64,000 nt of DNA. Source: Zygnema circumcarinatum SAG 698-1b. Lineage: Eukaryota > Plantae > Zygnematophyceae. The translations under genes were made by a program, and so were the position numbers. The DNA lies in the NCBI GenBank assembly GCA_037447605.1, contig CM074816.1:2667635-2731634 (forward strand), in the 5' to 3' direction. A model generated the notes under the pieces. It did no database searches. It worked only from the letters and a program-made list of their open reading frames with translations, and was not told where the DNA came from. Positions within the stretch are counted from its first letter, which is position 1. The number at the start of each line of letters is the position of its first letter. Positions 1 through 18,710 of this stretch are shown here, in pieces.

Positions 1-1352
1 CATCCGCCATTGGTGGCCTCCACCACGCGTTGCCGCTGAACAAGCCACACCCCGCCACGTCAGCCCTAAAAACCCGCCCCTACAGACCACACGCAAACCT
101 TCCAAACCCTTGACCTGCCTGCCCTTCACACAGTCCCTACAACCTCAAAAATCAGACCTAACCCAAGAAAAACGACAAAAAAAAAAAAAAAAAATTGACA
201 AAACGTAAAAAAGTATATACATAGTGTAAACATAGTGTATATATATGTATATATTAATCATCGCTTTCTCGGCAGAAAGGGAGGGGGAAGGACCTGGTGA
301 GCGGCCTTCTTGAGGCGGCGCTGCATGTCCTCCTCCGCCATGCGCTTCGCTGCCAGGGGGTCCACCAGCAGGACCTCCCGCACAGGGGCCTTGCGCCGGA
401 GGGGGGCAGGGCCCACCTGAGGGAGAGGGAGAGGGAGAGGGAGAGGGAGAGGGNNNNNNNNNNTTAGGGTTAGGGTTAGGGTTAGGGTTAGGGTTAGGGT
501 TAGGGTTAGGGTTAGAGTTAATGTTATGTTAGGGTTAGAGTTAGGGTTAGGGTAAGGGTTGGGGTTAAGGTTAGGGTTAGGGTTAGGGTTAGGGTTAGGG
601 TTAGGGTTAGGATTAGTGTTATGTTAGGGTTAGGGTCAGAGTTAGGGTTAGAGTTAGGGATAAAGTTAGAATTTGGGTTAGGAATAAAGTTAAGGTTAGG
701 GTTAGGGTTGAGAATGTTGAGGATTAGAATTTTAGGAAATGACTTTTGGCGTGTAGAATTCAGGGTTAGATTAAACTGTTCAATGAGGTAGGATTTCCTA
801 AAACCCTGAAACCTTAAACCGTAAGAGGGTTAATAGTAAACATGTTAAATTTTATAATAACAATGATATTCACCAATAAAAGTAGGTGGTACGCAGACAG
901 ACCCACCTCTGCAACCGCCCTCCTTCTCCCTCTCCCTCTCCCGCTTCTCCATTTTTCTAAACCGATCGGCGAAACTGAGAAAAAAAGGAAACGATGAAAG
1001 TAAAGAAAAGATAAATATTTACACTGTCAAATAAACAAACATCAAGAAAGAGAATTTTAAGAACTTCAAATACCTTAAAACTTGACACCCTAACGCCCTC
1101 AACCCTAAACTCTGCACGTTAAACCCGCCAAATAAAATTCCATGATCAAAAGAATCAGATCATCAAATCCTGCAAACACTTGAACCCTCAAACCCCGACC
1201 GCAAAAAAACAAAATTAGGGTTTAGGGTTCAAAGCCTCACAACCTGCCACGTGGCTTCTGCCACTTCTCAGAGCACCACAGCCGTCCGATAGGGTGCGAC
1301 GTGGCTCAATCTCGACCGTCCATCCCCTAATAGCCTGCCCTTGCAGAGCCAT
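1..1352 (-). CDS. LHC-like (SEP/LIL-type, resembles plant SEP5) chloroplast protein, 3'-partial
   Basis: Phase-consistent GT-AG exons 1352-1244, 974-907, 416-294 and 35-<1. They give MALQGQAIRGW...AVAE-VGPAPLRRKAPVREVLLVDPLAAKRMAEEDMQRRLKKAAHQ-RQRVVEATNGGW. ExxNGxW begins the LHC chlorophyll-binding motif, and LLVDPLxAKR resembles plant SEP5 (recalled, not searched). Confidence 0.7.
464..720 (+). repeat. Interstitial telomere-like (TTAGGG)n array, degenerating rightwards, inside an intron
   Basis: About 8 perfect TTAGGG units from 464, followed by variant units (TTAGAG, TAAGGG, TTGGGG). Adjoins the 10-N gap at 454-463. Confidence 0.9.
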
Positions 1353-2608
1353 CGGCCCCAACCAAGACCCTCTCTTTAAAGGAAAAAAAAATGGAAAAAG
1401 TAAATCGAAAATAAACTAACAAAAAGGCAGGCGAATGAATCCCCGAGCGGAAGTTTCAAGTTCGGCAGTCGGAATTTAAAAAAAAAAAAAGTTGCAAAAC
1501 TTCGGTTCAGAGGTTACAAACTTTTAGTCTCAGTTTGCAACTTCAAAGGAAACATAGACCGTACGGACGCGCCCTCAAATGGGTCCAAATCGAGTTCTAG
1601 GCTTTGTGGCTCTTTCCGCCTCTTCACACTTGCGACAATTGAGTGGCTCTGGAACGCTCCCTAGCCGACAGAATTTTAACTTGACCACGTGGCACGCCCA
1701 AAGCCATCAGTCACACGTGTGGAAGTGCAAGTGCCACGTCACCAGGCTACGTGTTGATGTCTCTGTGGAGAACGAAAATATTGTGATGAGAAAGTGTTCG
1801 GTCATTTTATTCGTACACCTCGTTGCACCGACAAGACTTTGATGACGTGACTTCCTGTCATTGGCTGAAATTTTTCAGCGTGGCAAAAAAGGTTTGCCAT
1901 TTGACGAATGCTGAGTGTACAAGTACGGGCGTTACGGGCACACTGTTTTCGGTTTGCAAGCAAAAACTGAAATCTGCAAACCAGTGGCGTCAGCCAGCAT
2001 TGATGACGTCATATTTTACGTCGGTATTCTGTACGAAGGGCAGAGCTATGCTTGTTCGTACAGGTCACCGGCTTGCATACGACAAATTTACAGTGTCATT
2101 TAGGGCAGCTTTTTCCACGGCGTTTTTCTGATTACGTCATCAAAACCAACCCGCTGACGTCATTAGTCGGTTCCAGGCGGGCAGTGCCCCTTAGCGGGGG
2201 AAGGGGCGAAGGTGGGGGCTACCTTTCTGGATTTTGCTGGAAAACTGGTTTTTGTTGAAAAACTAGTTTTTTGTTTAGAAACTCGGGTGGCGCTGGTGCC
2301 TGGTTCCTGAGGAACAGTTTTTAGGGTTGGCAGGGTTCAGAGCAGAGACTGGGATCGGGTGAGAGAGGGAATTAGGGTTCAGGGCTGGGGCGGATAGGGA
2401 GAAGGCGAGAGTAGAATTTTCGTCTAGAAGGGAGAGGCTGCCCGAGTACTGGAGCAAGGAGAAAAAAAAAATTGATCTGGATTGATTGGTCTGCCCGGTG
2501 GGAAGTGGGCCAGCTAGTACTGAACCCAAGAGGATTAAAATTCGCTCGTTTTAAATTTCGTTCAGAAAAAGTTTTTTTATTTTTCGGTCTGCTTAATTTG
2601 AGACGCAA

Positions 2609-3172
2609 ATGGCGAAAGATTTGCAAATGGAGGAGGAGGACATGTTTGCGACGAAAAAGCGGCTCAAGAACCCTCTCATTCCCATTGGTCAGAGAATTTT
2701 ATATTTCCGTACATGTCATTTCTCTACTAACAAAAAAAACCAGAACCTAAAATTACGGAAAACCCAAAACGCAACGCCCCAATATCCGAAAACCCAGAAA
2801 CTCAAAATCCCAAAACCCTCCTAACCCTAAAAATCTGAAAACCCAAAAACCCATGTCTATCCAACCGTCTGTGTCACTGTCAGTTTTAGCTTTATTAGTT
2901 TCAATGCCATTTTTTTTTTTTTTTTTTTGTTCACGGACTGTAGATCATAAACGAACCTGAACATGAACACGAACATAAATATTTTTTTTTTTTTTTTTTT
3001 TGGTACAGGAGCCATGGCTACCGCAGGGGTTTTGGTGGCTGGGTTGGTGGCCTTCAAGCAGGGAAACTATGGGAGGAGCCAAACCCTAATGCGGGCACGC
3101 GTGGTGTTCCAAGCGGCCACTGTCGCCCTCATGGTGGGAACGGTCTACCTCGGGGCCAAAACCATAGAGTGA
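2609..3172 (+). CDS. HIG1-domain (hypoxia-induced/RCF1-like) mitochondrial membrane protein, 80 aa
   Basis: join(2609..2687,3009..3172) with a GT-AG intron splitting a Gly codon. Protein MAKDLQMEEEDMFATKKRLKNPLIPIGAMATAGVLVAGLVAFKQGNYGRSQTLMRARVVFQAATVALMV shows the HIG1 NPLxPxG and LMRARVxxQ signature. Confidence 0.9.
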
Positions 3173-3384
3173 TAAGCATTCTCAGCGTGCGGAACCCTAA
3201 AAAATGAGGGTTTTAGGGTTGGGAGCTGAAATCGAACAGTTTCAGAGGAGGGTGTGTGGGTGCCTTTCACATGTGAGAGGGCGTTCTGTGCTTTTGGAAG
3301 TGAGCAGAGGGTTCTCGATTGAATGTTCGATGATTCGTTTCGAAGGATAAAGGGGAGGGGGAGAGTGTGAGGACGTGGGAACAG

Positions 3385-3389
3385 GAGTG

Positions 3390-3426
<37 letters not shown>

Positions 3427-3570
3427 CGAGTGGGAAGGGGAGGGGAGGGAGGGAGGGAAAGGTATCCGGGAATGGAAAAAGAAAGAAGGGAGAGAGAGGG
3501 GGGGAGGGCGGGAGGGGAGTGGAGGGGAGGGAGGGGAGGGAGGGAAAGGTATCAGGGAATGGAGAGAGAG

Positions 3571-3625
<55 letters not shown>
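3385..3625 (+). repeat. (GA)n / polypurine microsatellite block
   Basis: Directly visible GA and GGGA runs. Confidence 0.95.
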
Positions 3626-3626
<1 letters not shown>

Positions 3627-3779
3627 AAAGAGCAGGAGAGAGCCGAATAAATGGGAGTCGATTTTCACTGATAGTCTTGAGCTTGTTGACAGATTTGATA
3701 GGATTTGTCGTTTTTGGGTGAAGTGAGCCATTCACACTTCAATAACGTTGTTTTGGCACCGCATTGACCTTCACTTTCT

Positions 3780-4268
3780 ATCCAGCATTTGTTTGCACGA
3801 CCTTGAGCATGGCACGTTGGCTTGCTCGCATGCCATGTGCTGTTGTTCATGCCCATGTTGTTGTTGTACATGGATGTTGCCTGCTTGCATGCACCCATGC
3901 CGCCATGATCACAATGCCTTCATATTTCTTCCAATTTGTGTACGTGGATCAGGTTGCATGCACATGCGTATCCCAATGTGTGTGCGCACATGCATGCATT
4001 GATTTCACAATGGCGATGCCATCAAATGTCCATGGATGGACACAGCAACAGGGAGAACCATGCATGTCCTTGTGTCCATTTGCTTTCTCATGTTGTAGAT
4101 GTTGTGGAGCACAATCTCCGTCATACCGTACAAGAGCACAATGTGTGAGCAGAGTGCCGCATAAAACGGGCATTCACCCAATACAAGCCCACCACGTGGA
4201 CTCTCGAGCGTGCGTTCACCCGTTCCGGCGACCAAACCCGCACAGCGCACGCGCGGACTGCTACTAGT
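3780..4268 (+). mobile_element. Possible non-autonomous Helitron-like element (CATG/TGCA-rich body)
   Basis: Ends in a GC-rich weak hairpin (ccgc...gcgg, ~4238-4257) about 10 nt before CTAG|T (4264-4268). The 5' A|TC boundary is only a guess. Confidence 0.3.
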
Positions 4269-5024
4269 ACGTGGGAACGCGCGAATCCGTACACTGCCTC
4301 TGACGAGCACTCCCGACTGTCCGATCATTTGAATCGACGGCCGAGATGCGCTCTGCGAACGTCCGTTCGATCGCACTTTGGGTGGAGTCGACGCCGTTCA
4401 GTTCAAAATCAAAACTGGCTTCAGAACGGATTGCGCACATGGATGGTCGGTCTCCCCTGCCATTCCTCAAAACCCTAAGCACCTTCAAACCCCTAAAACC
4501 CCGTGTAGCAGTAACATTGCCATTTCTATGCTCTTCAGTTTTATAAAATTTCTTATTAATGATGCTAATTGCTCGAATTGGATTCGACTAATAGCTAAAA
4601 ATGACAAATGGCTGACTAAAATGACTGACTGCGATTCCCCGATTTTAGGGCTTCCAATGTTGTTCATGTCATGCGCTTGGACGATGATGCGTACAGAATT
4701 GTGCTGCTCGGGACTATCATCTGAATAAGACAAAATTAATACACGACAAAAGGGTGCAGTAAAAACGACAAGTAACCGTACAGTCTAGTCTCCTCCCTGA
4801 GCGACAACAACCAGNNNNNNNNNNNNNNNNNNNNNNNNNNNNNNNNNNNNNNNNNNNNNNNNNNNNNNNNNNNNNNNNNNNNNNNNNNNNNNNNNNNNNN
4901 NNNNNNNNNNNNNNACGAAAGGTTGATCAATCTGAATCTCTACATTTAAGAAATCATAACTGCAATTATTGATCCAAATGCTATTAACTTTTTATGTCTT
5001 GGGGGTGTGCCTGCTGTTATATAG

Positions 5025-5559
5025 AGAGTGGTTCCGCACTTACAAGACGTACGAAGGGAAGCCCGAGAACAAGTTCGGACTGGACGAGAAAGCCATGGGC
5101 CGTGCTTACACCCTCGGAGTCATCGCCCAAACTCATTCTTTCTGGAAGAACCTTGTGCAAACTTCTCGCTTATCAAACTCTGAAACGGTTCCAGCTATCG
5201 GAGACGTGCCCATTCCTTCTCCATGTCTTGCCGTGGGAGGAGAGCCATGGATCGCAACTTTCGATGAAATCGCCATAGGAGGAGGAGAAGGAGGAGAGAG
5301 AGGAGGAGAGAGTGATGATGGGGATGCCAAAAATGGTACTAAGAACGAAAGCAAAACGCTCAAGGTGAAGGCTCAAGAGAAGGAGAAGGAGAAGGAGAAA
5401 GAGAAGGAGGAGGAGGGGCTCCTTGCGGCTGTCCAGACCCTTGTGAAGCAGTTCAGCGAAGAGGGTTCGGGGGCGGCCTCGCGGCGCCGAAGCTGTGACT
5501 GCGATTGGTCAAATGGGTCCGAAGCATTTGAGAGTGCGCCACTCCTGGTTTCCCCTTAG
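5025..5559 (+). CDS. PPA: Last exon of a soluble (family I, eukaryotic/plastid-type) inorganic pyrophosphatase with a long C-terminal extension
   Basis: After acceptor tatag| the exon reads REWFRTYKTYEGKPENKFGLDEKAMGRAYTLGVIAQTHSFWKNLV, matching the RxWFRxYKxxxGKPxNxF PPase C-terminus. Upstream exons are not visible and probably lie in the 100-N gap at 4815-4914. Confidence 0.85.
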
Positions 5560-6022
5560 ACTTTTGGGGTTTTTTAGGGGTTTTTGGATGCAGGTCAATC
5601 TGTGGTAGATTCTGGGGGTTACATTCGTTGATGGAGTGTAAATAGCGATGTCAATATTCAAATTATCATGCCACATTCTCTCCCTTGAGTTATTATGTTT
5701 TGAAATTAATTTCCCTCAAAGGCATGCACGTTTGAAGGCTTAGATGCCGGCCGTATTTGGTTCGGAAATTTAAATTTCTGTGCATATATATATGGGTAAC
5801 CTTTCTTTTCCTAGGAGCGCCATTACATGAGCACATTAGCATTCTCCGCTGCATCGAGTGCGAGCCGGTCCACTCCATTATTGGTTTGTCCCCTCCAAAA
5901 AAAAAATTAGAATCAGCAAAGATTCCCAAAACATGTTGTACTAGCAAATTAGTTTTACTAAAAAAACCGGAAAAAAAAAAAAAAAAAAAAAAAAAAAAGG
6001 AAATGTTGCCCAGCTCCCCCTT

Positions 6023-12190
<6,168 letters not shown>

Positions 12191-13221
12191 ACTTTGAGGC
12201 GACTTGGGAGAGGGAGAGGGAGAGGGAGAGAGAGGAGAGAGGGAGGGAGAGGGAGAGAGAGAGAGAGAGAGGGAGGGAGAGAGAGAGTCGGAGAAGATAG
12301 AAGGAGAGGGGAGAGAGTGTCTTTTGATCTCTCCCACTCACAGCCGGCCCTTGAACCCTACGCCCACCCAGTCCCCTGTGCCCTGAACCCTCCGCCCCGT
12401 CTCTCTCTCCACATGAACCCTCTGTTTCCCCTGAACCCTAAACCTTAAACCCGAAACCCACCATCGCCCTATTCCAACATTCAAGAAGTGTTTTTTCGCT
12501 TCCTCCGTTGCAGTGCGGGTAACGGTAAGCGGGACACGTGGCGATGTCTCCACGTAACGCGGGCTGACGTGCCCGGACGCCCTAGGGCTGAGCTGGACGC
12601 TCCCTCCCTCTGATTGGAGTCCGTACATATTCGTGCATAAGCAAAGCAGCGATGTCATGACACGTGGCGCCATTATATTTGTCGATTAGAACCTTTTTCG
12701 TATGGATTTGTCGGTACGAACGATCCAACGGCTCTCCCCCTTCTGTGGATATCCGTACGGTATGGCCGGTTGGAAACTGCACGTTTCGCGAAAGATGATT
12801 GGCTGCACTGACGCAGTACAGTATAATATGACGTCAGTTTATTTGAGACCGTTGACCGCGCAACGAACCGACCCGGTTTTGGTTCGTTTGTTTATGGGGG
12901 CCCAACAAAATATGGAACCAGTTCGGTAATTAGTCTAAGAAATTCAAAGCTTAGCCAATCACAACACGCCACGTTGATCAAATTATCCACGTGATGAATT
13001 CCTATTGGCCAAATATGTGAGCCAGGCACCCTCAGGGCCTTCCTGCACTGCCAAAAGCCTCTGTTTGCTGCTCCGCTCAAGCACATTTTCGCCGCACACC
13101 TTCACCTTCTGCAGTTTTTTTGCAATTTTTTTGGACAGTGTATCTGCAGATTTTTCCAGTTTTAAATATTTTGCATGTTTTTTGGAGCAGATCCGCAGTG
13201 AGCAGCAGCAGCAGCAGCAGG
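12191..13221. promoter_or_regulatory. Shared upstream region of divergent BGLU and Rieske-oxygenase genes, with G-box/ABRE-like motifs
   Basis: GACACGTGGC at 12533-12542 and 12659-12668, CACGTG at 12988-12993, TGACGTCA at 12829-12836. Function is not shown. Confidence 0.4.
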
Positions 13222-14157
13222 ATGATGATGACGATGACGACGATGATGCCATGGAGCTGCTCCGCTCCTCCTGCTGCTGCAGGAGGACGCGCCCCCCTGC
13301 TGCTGCTGCAGGCCGCCCCTTCCTCCCTCTCCCCCTGCAGTTCCTCCAATCCGCGCACTTCCAAGAGTTCAGGAAAACGCTTCCAGTCCCAGTTTCAGTC
13401 CGCGTTTCAGTTCAAGCCTCACCGACCGTTTCCGAGCCACAAACCCAAAGATCGAACCCTAAATCTGCGCAGACGAACCCTCCTGGCCTCCCTACAAGTG
13501 TCAGAAACTATTGCAGAGACTTCCCCTGCATTGGAAACCGCTCCAACTCTTGAAGAAGAAGGAACTAGAGAAACCACATCATCATCTTTTGAGTGGAAGT
13601 CGCATTGGTATGCGGTCCTAGCCTCAAAGCACGTGGATGAATCCCGGCCCCATGCTGTCTCTATCCTCGGGCGTCCGTACGTGCTTTGGCGGGACGCGGG
13701 CGGGGAGTGGCGCTGCTTCGTCGATGAGTGCCCGCACCGCCTCGTGCCCTTATCGGAGGTGGAGCCTAAAATCTCTTTTTTTGTTGTTATTCTTTTCAGT
13801 CATGAACTCTGTTGATTAAGTCATTTTCATGAGTCCTGCGGGTGTAATTTTAATTATTTTTTTAGTCGGGAACTATTTTATTCAATATGAGTTTTGGGGG
13901 ACTGGATTCTTTTCTCAGTCCTGGAGCCAGTTGCTTGATTAATATGGGTCATAATTTTTAATTGTAGATGTGTCGTAGAATGATATGAATGATTTCCATG
14001 CGGATAAAGGATAATAAGGCGAGCAAAGAAAGATGTTAGCGATTTTCTTGAAAGCTATTTTCTTGAGAACAGAGCGAATGAAGGCACACATAGTGCGGGG
14101 GGAAAAGGACAAGAGATGAAATGGAAAGAGAGGGCAGGAGAGGGGGGAGTGTGGAGA

Positions 14158-14230
<73 letters not shown>

Positions 14231-16940
14231 TGGGAGGGGGGTTGGGCTACTTTCTGGCGCCCCTGAGGATTTCTAGAAGTACTGCTTCCAAGTCCTTTCT
14301 GGGTTTCTTCGATCCCACTTTCTTTTCTTAATATGACGATGACATGGCTATCTTTAAAATAGCAACGACCGCTTAAACTTGAACTTTTTGGCAGCCTTCC
14401 TTTGGGGCATGGAACAGGGCCGTATTGATGAGATGGGCCAGCTGCAATGTTCGTACCATGGTTGGGCCTTTGACGGGACCGGAGCATGCAAGTCTATCCC
14501 ACAAGCTGACGAAGGGAGAGCTTCAAAGCAGCTCTCATCTAGCAGAGCATGTGCCCGAGCTGTGCCTACTCTCACATCCAAAGTAAGGCTCTATGCTTCA
14601 CAAGGACTTACTATTACTGTACATGAATATATAGGGTTTGGTAGAACGGATATCTTGTCCCTTTTGTTTTGGTGACTGATTTAGTTTTGTTTTGGTATAA
14701 TCGGAGGCGTGCATCTTTGGTGAAGGGCGATGCTGCTCCATGTGGCAGCCGAGAGTTCTGTGAAGCGTTGTGAAAGAGCTTATGTTTGCTAGAAGCATTG
14801 AAAGCTTCGTACTTTCTTGGAGCTTGCATTGGGGAGCTTTGTTTTTGCTGCAGATAGGCCAGGTTGCATTTAATGACAATGTATGATAGATTTTCGATGC
14901 TTTTATGCTTTATAACAGGGAATCAGCAGTGAAGCAAAGACCCAAAAAACAGTCGCAATGATGAACTTCCCGAAAACCTGCCTCTGGCCTCTCTTGTCTA
15001 CCAACTAACTAACTGACTGACCGACTAACCGACTGTCTAACTGACCGAATGACTAACTGAATAACTAACTGAAGGCTGACCGTTCAAAAATGATGATGTA
15101 GGAAACAAAGAATTAGACAGAGCTCGATTGTAATTTACTGCAAAAACCGTAAAAGAATAAAAATACGAAGAGTTTTCATCCAAGCTGCAACCTGATCCTG
15201 TGTTTGACAGGGAGTTATCTTTGTTTGGCCTGACGAAAATGGATGGGAAAAAGCCCTTGCTGCGCCCCCACCTTCACCTTTTCAATCGGAGCTGATGATG
15301 AATGGAGAAGAGTTACGTATAAGCACTTATTCTCGAGACCTCATGTATAGCTATGAATATTTGGTGGAGAATTTGGTGGATCTGAGCCACCTTCCCTATG
15401 CGCACCACGGAGTGCTCTCTTTGAACCGCTCGGCCGGCAAGCCGCTCCCATTTACGATAGCAGATGACCAGGTGAGTGAGACGGATTTTCGCAGAAAACT
15501 TGGTTTTTATTGTCAGAGTCTTGCTCGGAATCGTTTTTAAAATAGTTTTTAGAGTCATGCGTGCATGCATAGTTGCTGAGAGAGAGTTTTGGCAGCACAT
15601 GTTGTGAGTGTGCAAAAGTCCGATGCTCATTCGCGCTCTCTCCATATCTCTTAATCTCGCCCTTCCCTTCTCTCTCTCGCCCTCCCCCTNNNNNNNNNNC
15701 CTCCCCCTCCCCCTATTTACAGGGCCCCGCCGGCTTTGTAGGAGAAGGTCACGACGACGTCTTCACACGAACCAAAACTCTTTCTGTGTCGTTCCATGCT
15801 CCAAATTGTATCACATACGCCAGGTATTTTATTTCTTCCCCCATCCCCCTCTTCCCCTTTTTTTTTTTTTTCATTCTGCTTTTGGCTTTTGAGGGTTTTT
15901 TGTTTTGTTTTGTTTTGTTTTGTTGAGGACCATATTGCATATGCAAAACATTTCGCTGTTATGTCCAATTTAAGATTTCCAAATGCATGGACTGCATGTG
16001 ATCTGTATGAATATGTGTATGCATGTAATAAGGTGAGAACAATCTGCAGCAATGTGAACACCTGTAGTACAGTACAGGTCTCTCCTTCTCTGTCTCCCTC
16101 TCTCTCTCTCTCGCTTCTTTATATCCACCACAGCCTATCATTTCCTGTCGACCACACTCGTGGTTTCATCTCAAACCACTTTTCCAGACATGCGAAACTA
16201 CAGAAAAAAGCCTACTTTGAAAAATAAGGCACCAACTCCAGTCAGAAAAATCTGGTTTTCCTGGTGGTTTTGCATTGTGCAGGACCTTTAAAAGTGGCGT
16301 GAAAAGTCAGCTCAATTTATTTGCCACTCCGGTGGCCCCCGGAAGGAGCCGCGTGGTTTCTCAGATGGTGGTAACAGGGCCCCCCCCTCCTCTTCTCCGA
16401 TATATCCAAATTCCGGATTTCATTCCGCACCTTAACATGGAAGACATATTCGACAGTACGTAGTCACCCTCTCTCTCTCTCTCGTTCTCCGTCTCTTTCT
16501 TTCTCTATCTTTCTCTCACTGGTTGTGCTTTGCTATAAAATTAAGACAAACTGCGCATAGATGTTTTAGTTGCATCTTTGTATTTTCTTTTCCTTTCATT
16601 CCTTTTTCCTCCTTGGGCTTCAAGTTGTAGTTCTGGCACTGAATCCCTGTCTAAATATCCTTACTTCAAGCACTAAAAACTGCTCCCTTTGTTGGTTTTT
16701 TTTTTTTTCAGGCGATGCTGTCTTCCTTCACGGGCAGGAGAAAGCTGTTCAGAGGAGGAGGGAGGACTCTGACACGTGGCAGCGCTTCTATTACATGCCC
16801 TGCTCCTCCGACCGCCTCGTTGTCGCCTACCGCCAATGGCTCGCCAAATACGCCGGTAAGTTTCTGAGCCACATTTGCAGCTTATATGTATAACATGTAA
16901 TCAGTCGTGGGTTGGCTAACTGGCTTCTTGACGGAACAGC

Positions 16941-16994
<54 letters not shown>

Positions 16995-17464
16995 CAGGCG
17001 AGAAAGAGAGAGAGAGAGGGGGAGAGGGGGGAGGGGGCGAAGAAAGGAGGAAGATGCTGTGTGGTCCACACTTCTCAGTTCTCCAACCTGAAGTCAAAGT
17101 TAGGTTAACGAGCAGCATGATATGATGCGATTTTTGAGCAGGTGGTGAAGTGGAGTATATTGGAGGGACGGAAGTTTCAAAGTCCACATTGTGGTCTCCC
17201 AAAGAAGAAGTGATGGACAGGCTGCACGGGCATACTCAGAATTGTAAGACCTGCTCTATAGCGCTCAAGCGCTTTCAGCTCGCTTTGAGTGTTGTGAAGG
17301 CCCTTTCGTTCGGCCTTCTTCTTGGGGTCGCCCTTCTATACGGGAGACCCTTTATACAGTTAGGTTTTACAGGGGCTGCGGCTCTCTCGTACGCTGTTTC
17401 TGTGTGGATGGAGCGATACGTTCAATTGTTCATTTACCGCGGTTGGGATCACGCTACAAGATGA
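13222..17464 (+). CDS. Chloroplast Rieske/mononuclear-iron oxygenase of the PAO/PTC52(ACD1-like)/TIC55 family
   Basis: join(13222..13758,14418..14582,15211..15471,15723..15823,16283..16455,16712..16855,17142..17464), all phases consistent. It has a Ser/Arg-rich transit peptide, Rieske ligands CPHR...CSYHGW, iron motif [14 protein letters not shown], a C-terminal HTQNCKTC (CxxC) and two hydrophobic segments. The exact start ATG is uncertain. Confidence 0.92.
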
Positions 17465-17829
17465 GGGGCTCGCTCCCATCCTGAAGGCGCTACTGGAAGC
17501 AGAAGGTGCTGTAATAGTGTGCTATATTATGTAGAGTTTTTAATGTATGGAGATGCGTGTTCACTGTACAGAAATTACAGTTCACAGTTTGACATAAGTT
17601 GGATAGTCTGTAGGAAGATATGCAGACTTCAACTGGCGAGGTTTTATCCATTTTTAAGAAGTTCCTTTGTTGAGTTTGGTACGTTGTGTCGAGTAACTTG
17701 AAAAACATTTAATGGCAGAAAAGGAACAGTGAGGAACCGCCTCGCAATCGTTGCCACAAATATGTGCACGCCCTCCTGCGCACGCACTCTGCATGGAACT
17801 GCGACGGACGAGGGAAAGAAGCGCCCTCT

Positions 17830-18710
17830 CCTCCCCTCCCTTCCCTTCGTCCCTCCCTCCTATCACCCCTCCCTCCCTTTGTCCCTCCCTCTCTTCCCTC
17901 CGTCCCTCCCTCCTATCACCCCTCCCTCCTTTTGTCCCTCCCCTCCCTTCCCTCCGTCCCTCCCTCCTATCACCCCTCCCTCCTTTTGTCCCTCCTTTTG
18001 TCCCTCCCTCTCTTCCCTCCGTCCCTCCCTCCTATCACCCCTCCCTCCTTTTGTCCCTCCCCTCCCTTCCCTCCGTCCCTCCCTCCTATCACCCCTCCCT
18101 CCTTTTGTCCCTCCCCTCCCTTCCCTCCGTCCCTCCCTCCTATCACCCCTCCCTCCTTTTGTCCCTCCCCTCCCTTCCCTCCGTCCCTCCCTCCTATCAC
18201 CCCTCCCTCCTTTTGTCCCTCCCCTCCCTTCCCTCCGTCCCTCCCTCCCTTCCCTCCTTCCCTCCCTCCTATCACCCCTCCCTCCTTTTGTCCCTCCCCC
18301 CTCCCTCCTTTTGTCCCTCCCTCTCTTCCCTCCGTCCCTCCCTCCTATCACCCCTCCCTCCTTTTGTCCCTCCCCTCCCTTCCCTCCGTCCCTTCTCCCT
18401 CCCTTCCCTCCGTCCCTCCCCCCCCTCATCCCCCCCCCTCCTTTTTGCCCTCCCCTCCCTTCCCTCCGTCCCTCCCTCCTATCACCCCTCCCTCCTTTTG
18501 TCCCTCCCTCTTCCCTCCGTCCCTCCCTCCTATCACCCCTCCCTCCTTTTGTCCCTCCCCTCCCTCCCTCCGTCCCTCCCTCCTATCACCCCTCCCTCCT
18601 TTTGTCCCTCCCCTCCCTTCCCTCCGTCCCTCCCTCCTATCACCCCTCCCTCCTTTTGTCCCTCCCCTCCCTTCCCTCCGTCCTATCACCCCTCCCTCCT
18701 TTTGTCCTCC
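17830..18710. repeat. 54-bp polypyrimidine minisatellite, ~15 copies
   Basis: Unit cctccgtccctccctcctatcacccctccctccttttgtccctcccctcccttc; tatcacccc recurs every 54 nt (e.g. 18087, 18141). Confidence 0.92.

Noticed and set aside
3145-3735. ORFs such as SLSLSL.. and REREREG.. (also ~7070-7644, 8516-9538, 10523-11179, 29463-29724, 31749-32347, 37277-37636)
   Set aside because: They are translations of (GA)n/(CT)n microsatellites in introns or intergenic DNA.
13005-13553. Alternative-frame start [10 protein letters not shown]... for the Rieske gene
   Set aside because: It ends in a stop before the Rieske domain with no convincing intron, whereas the 13222 frame is continuous and transit-peptide-like.
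15925-16080. Extra exon candidate [10 protein letters not shown]... in the Rieske gene
   Set aside because: Exons 15723-15823 and 16283-16455 already join in phase and give contiguous family sequence.
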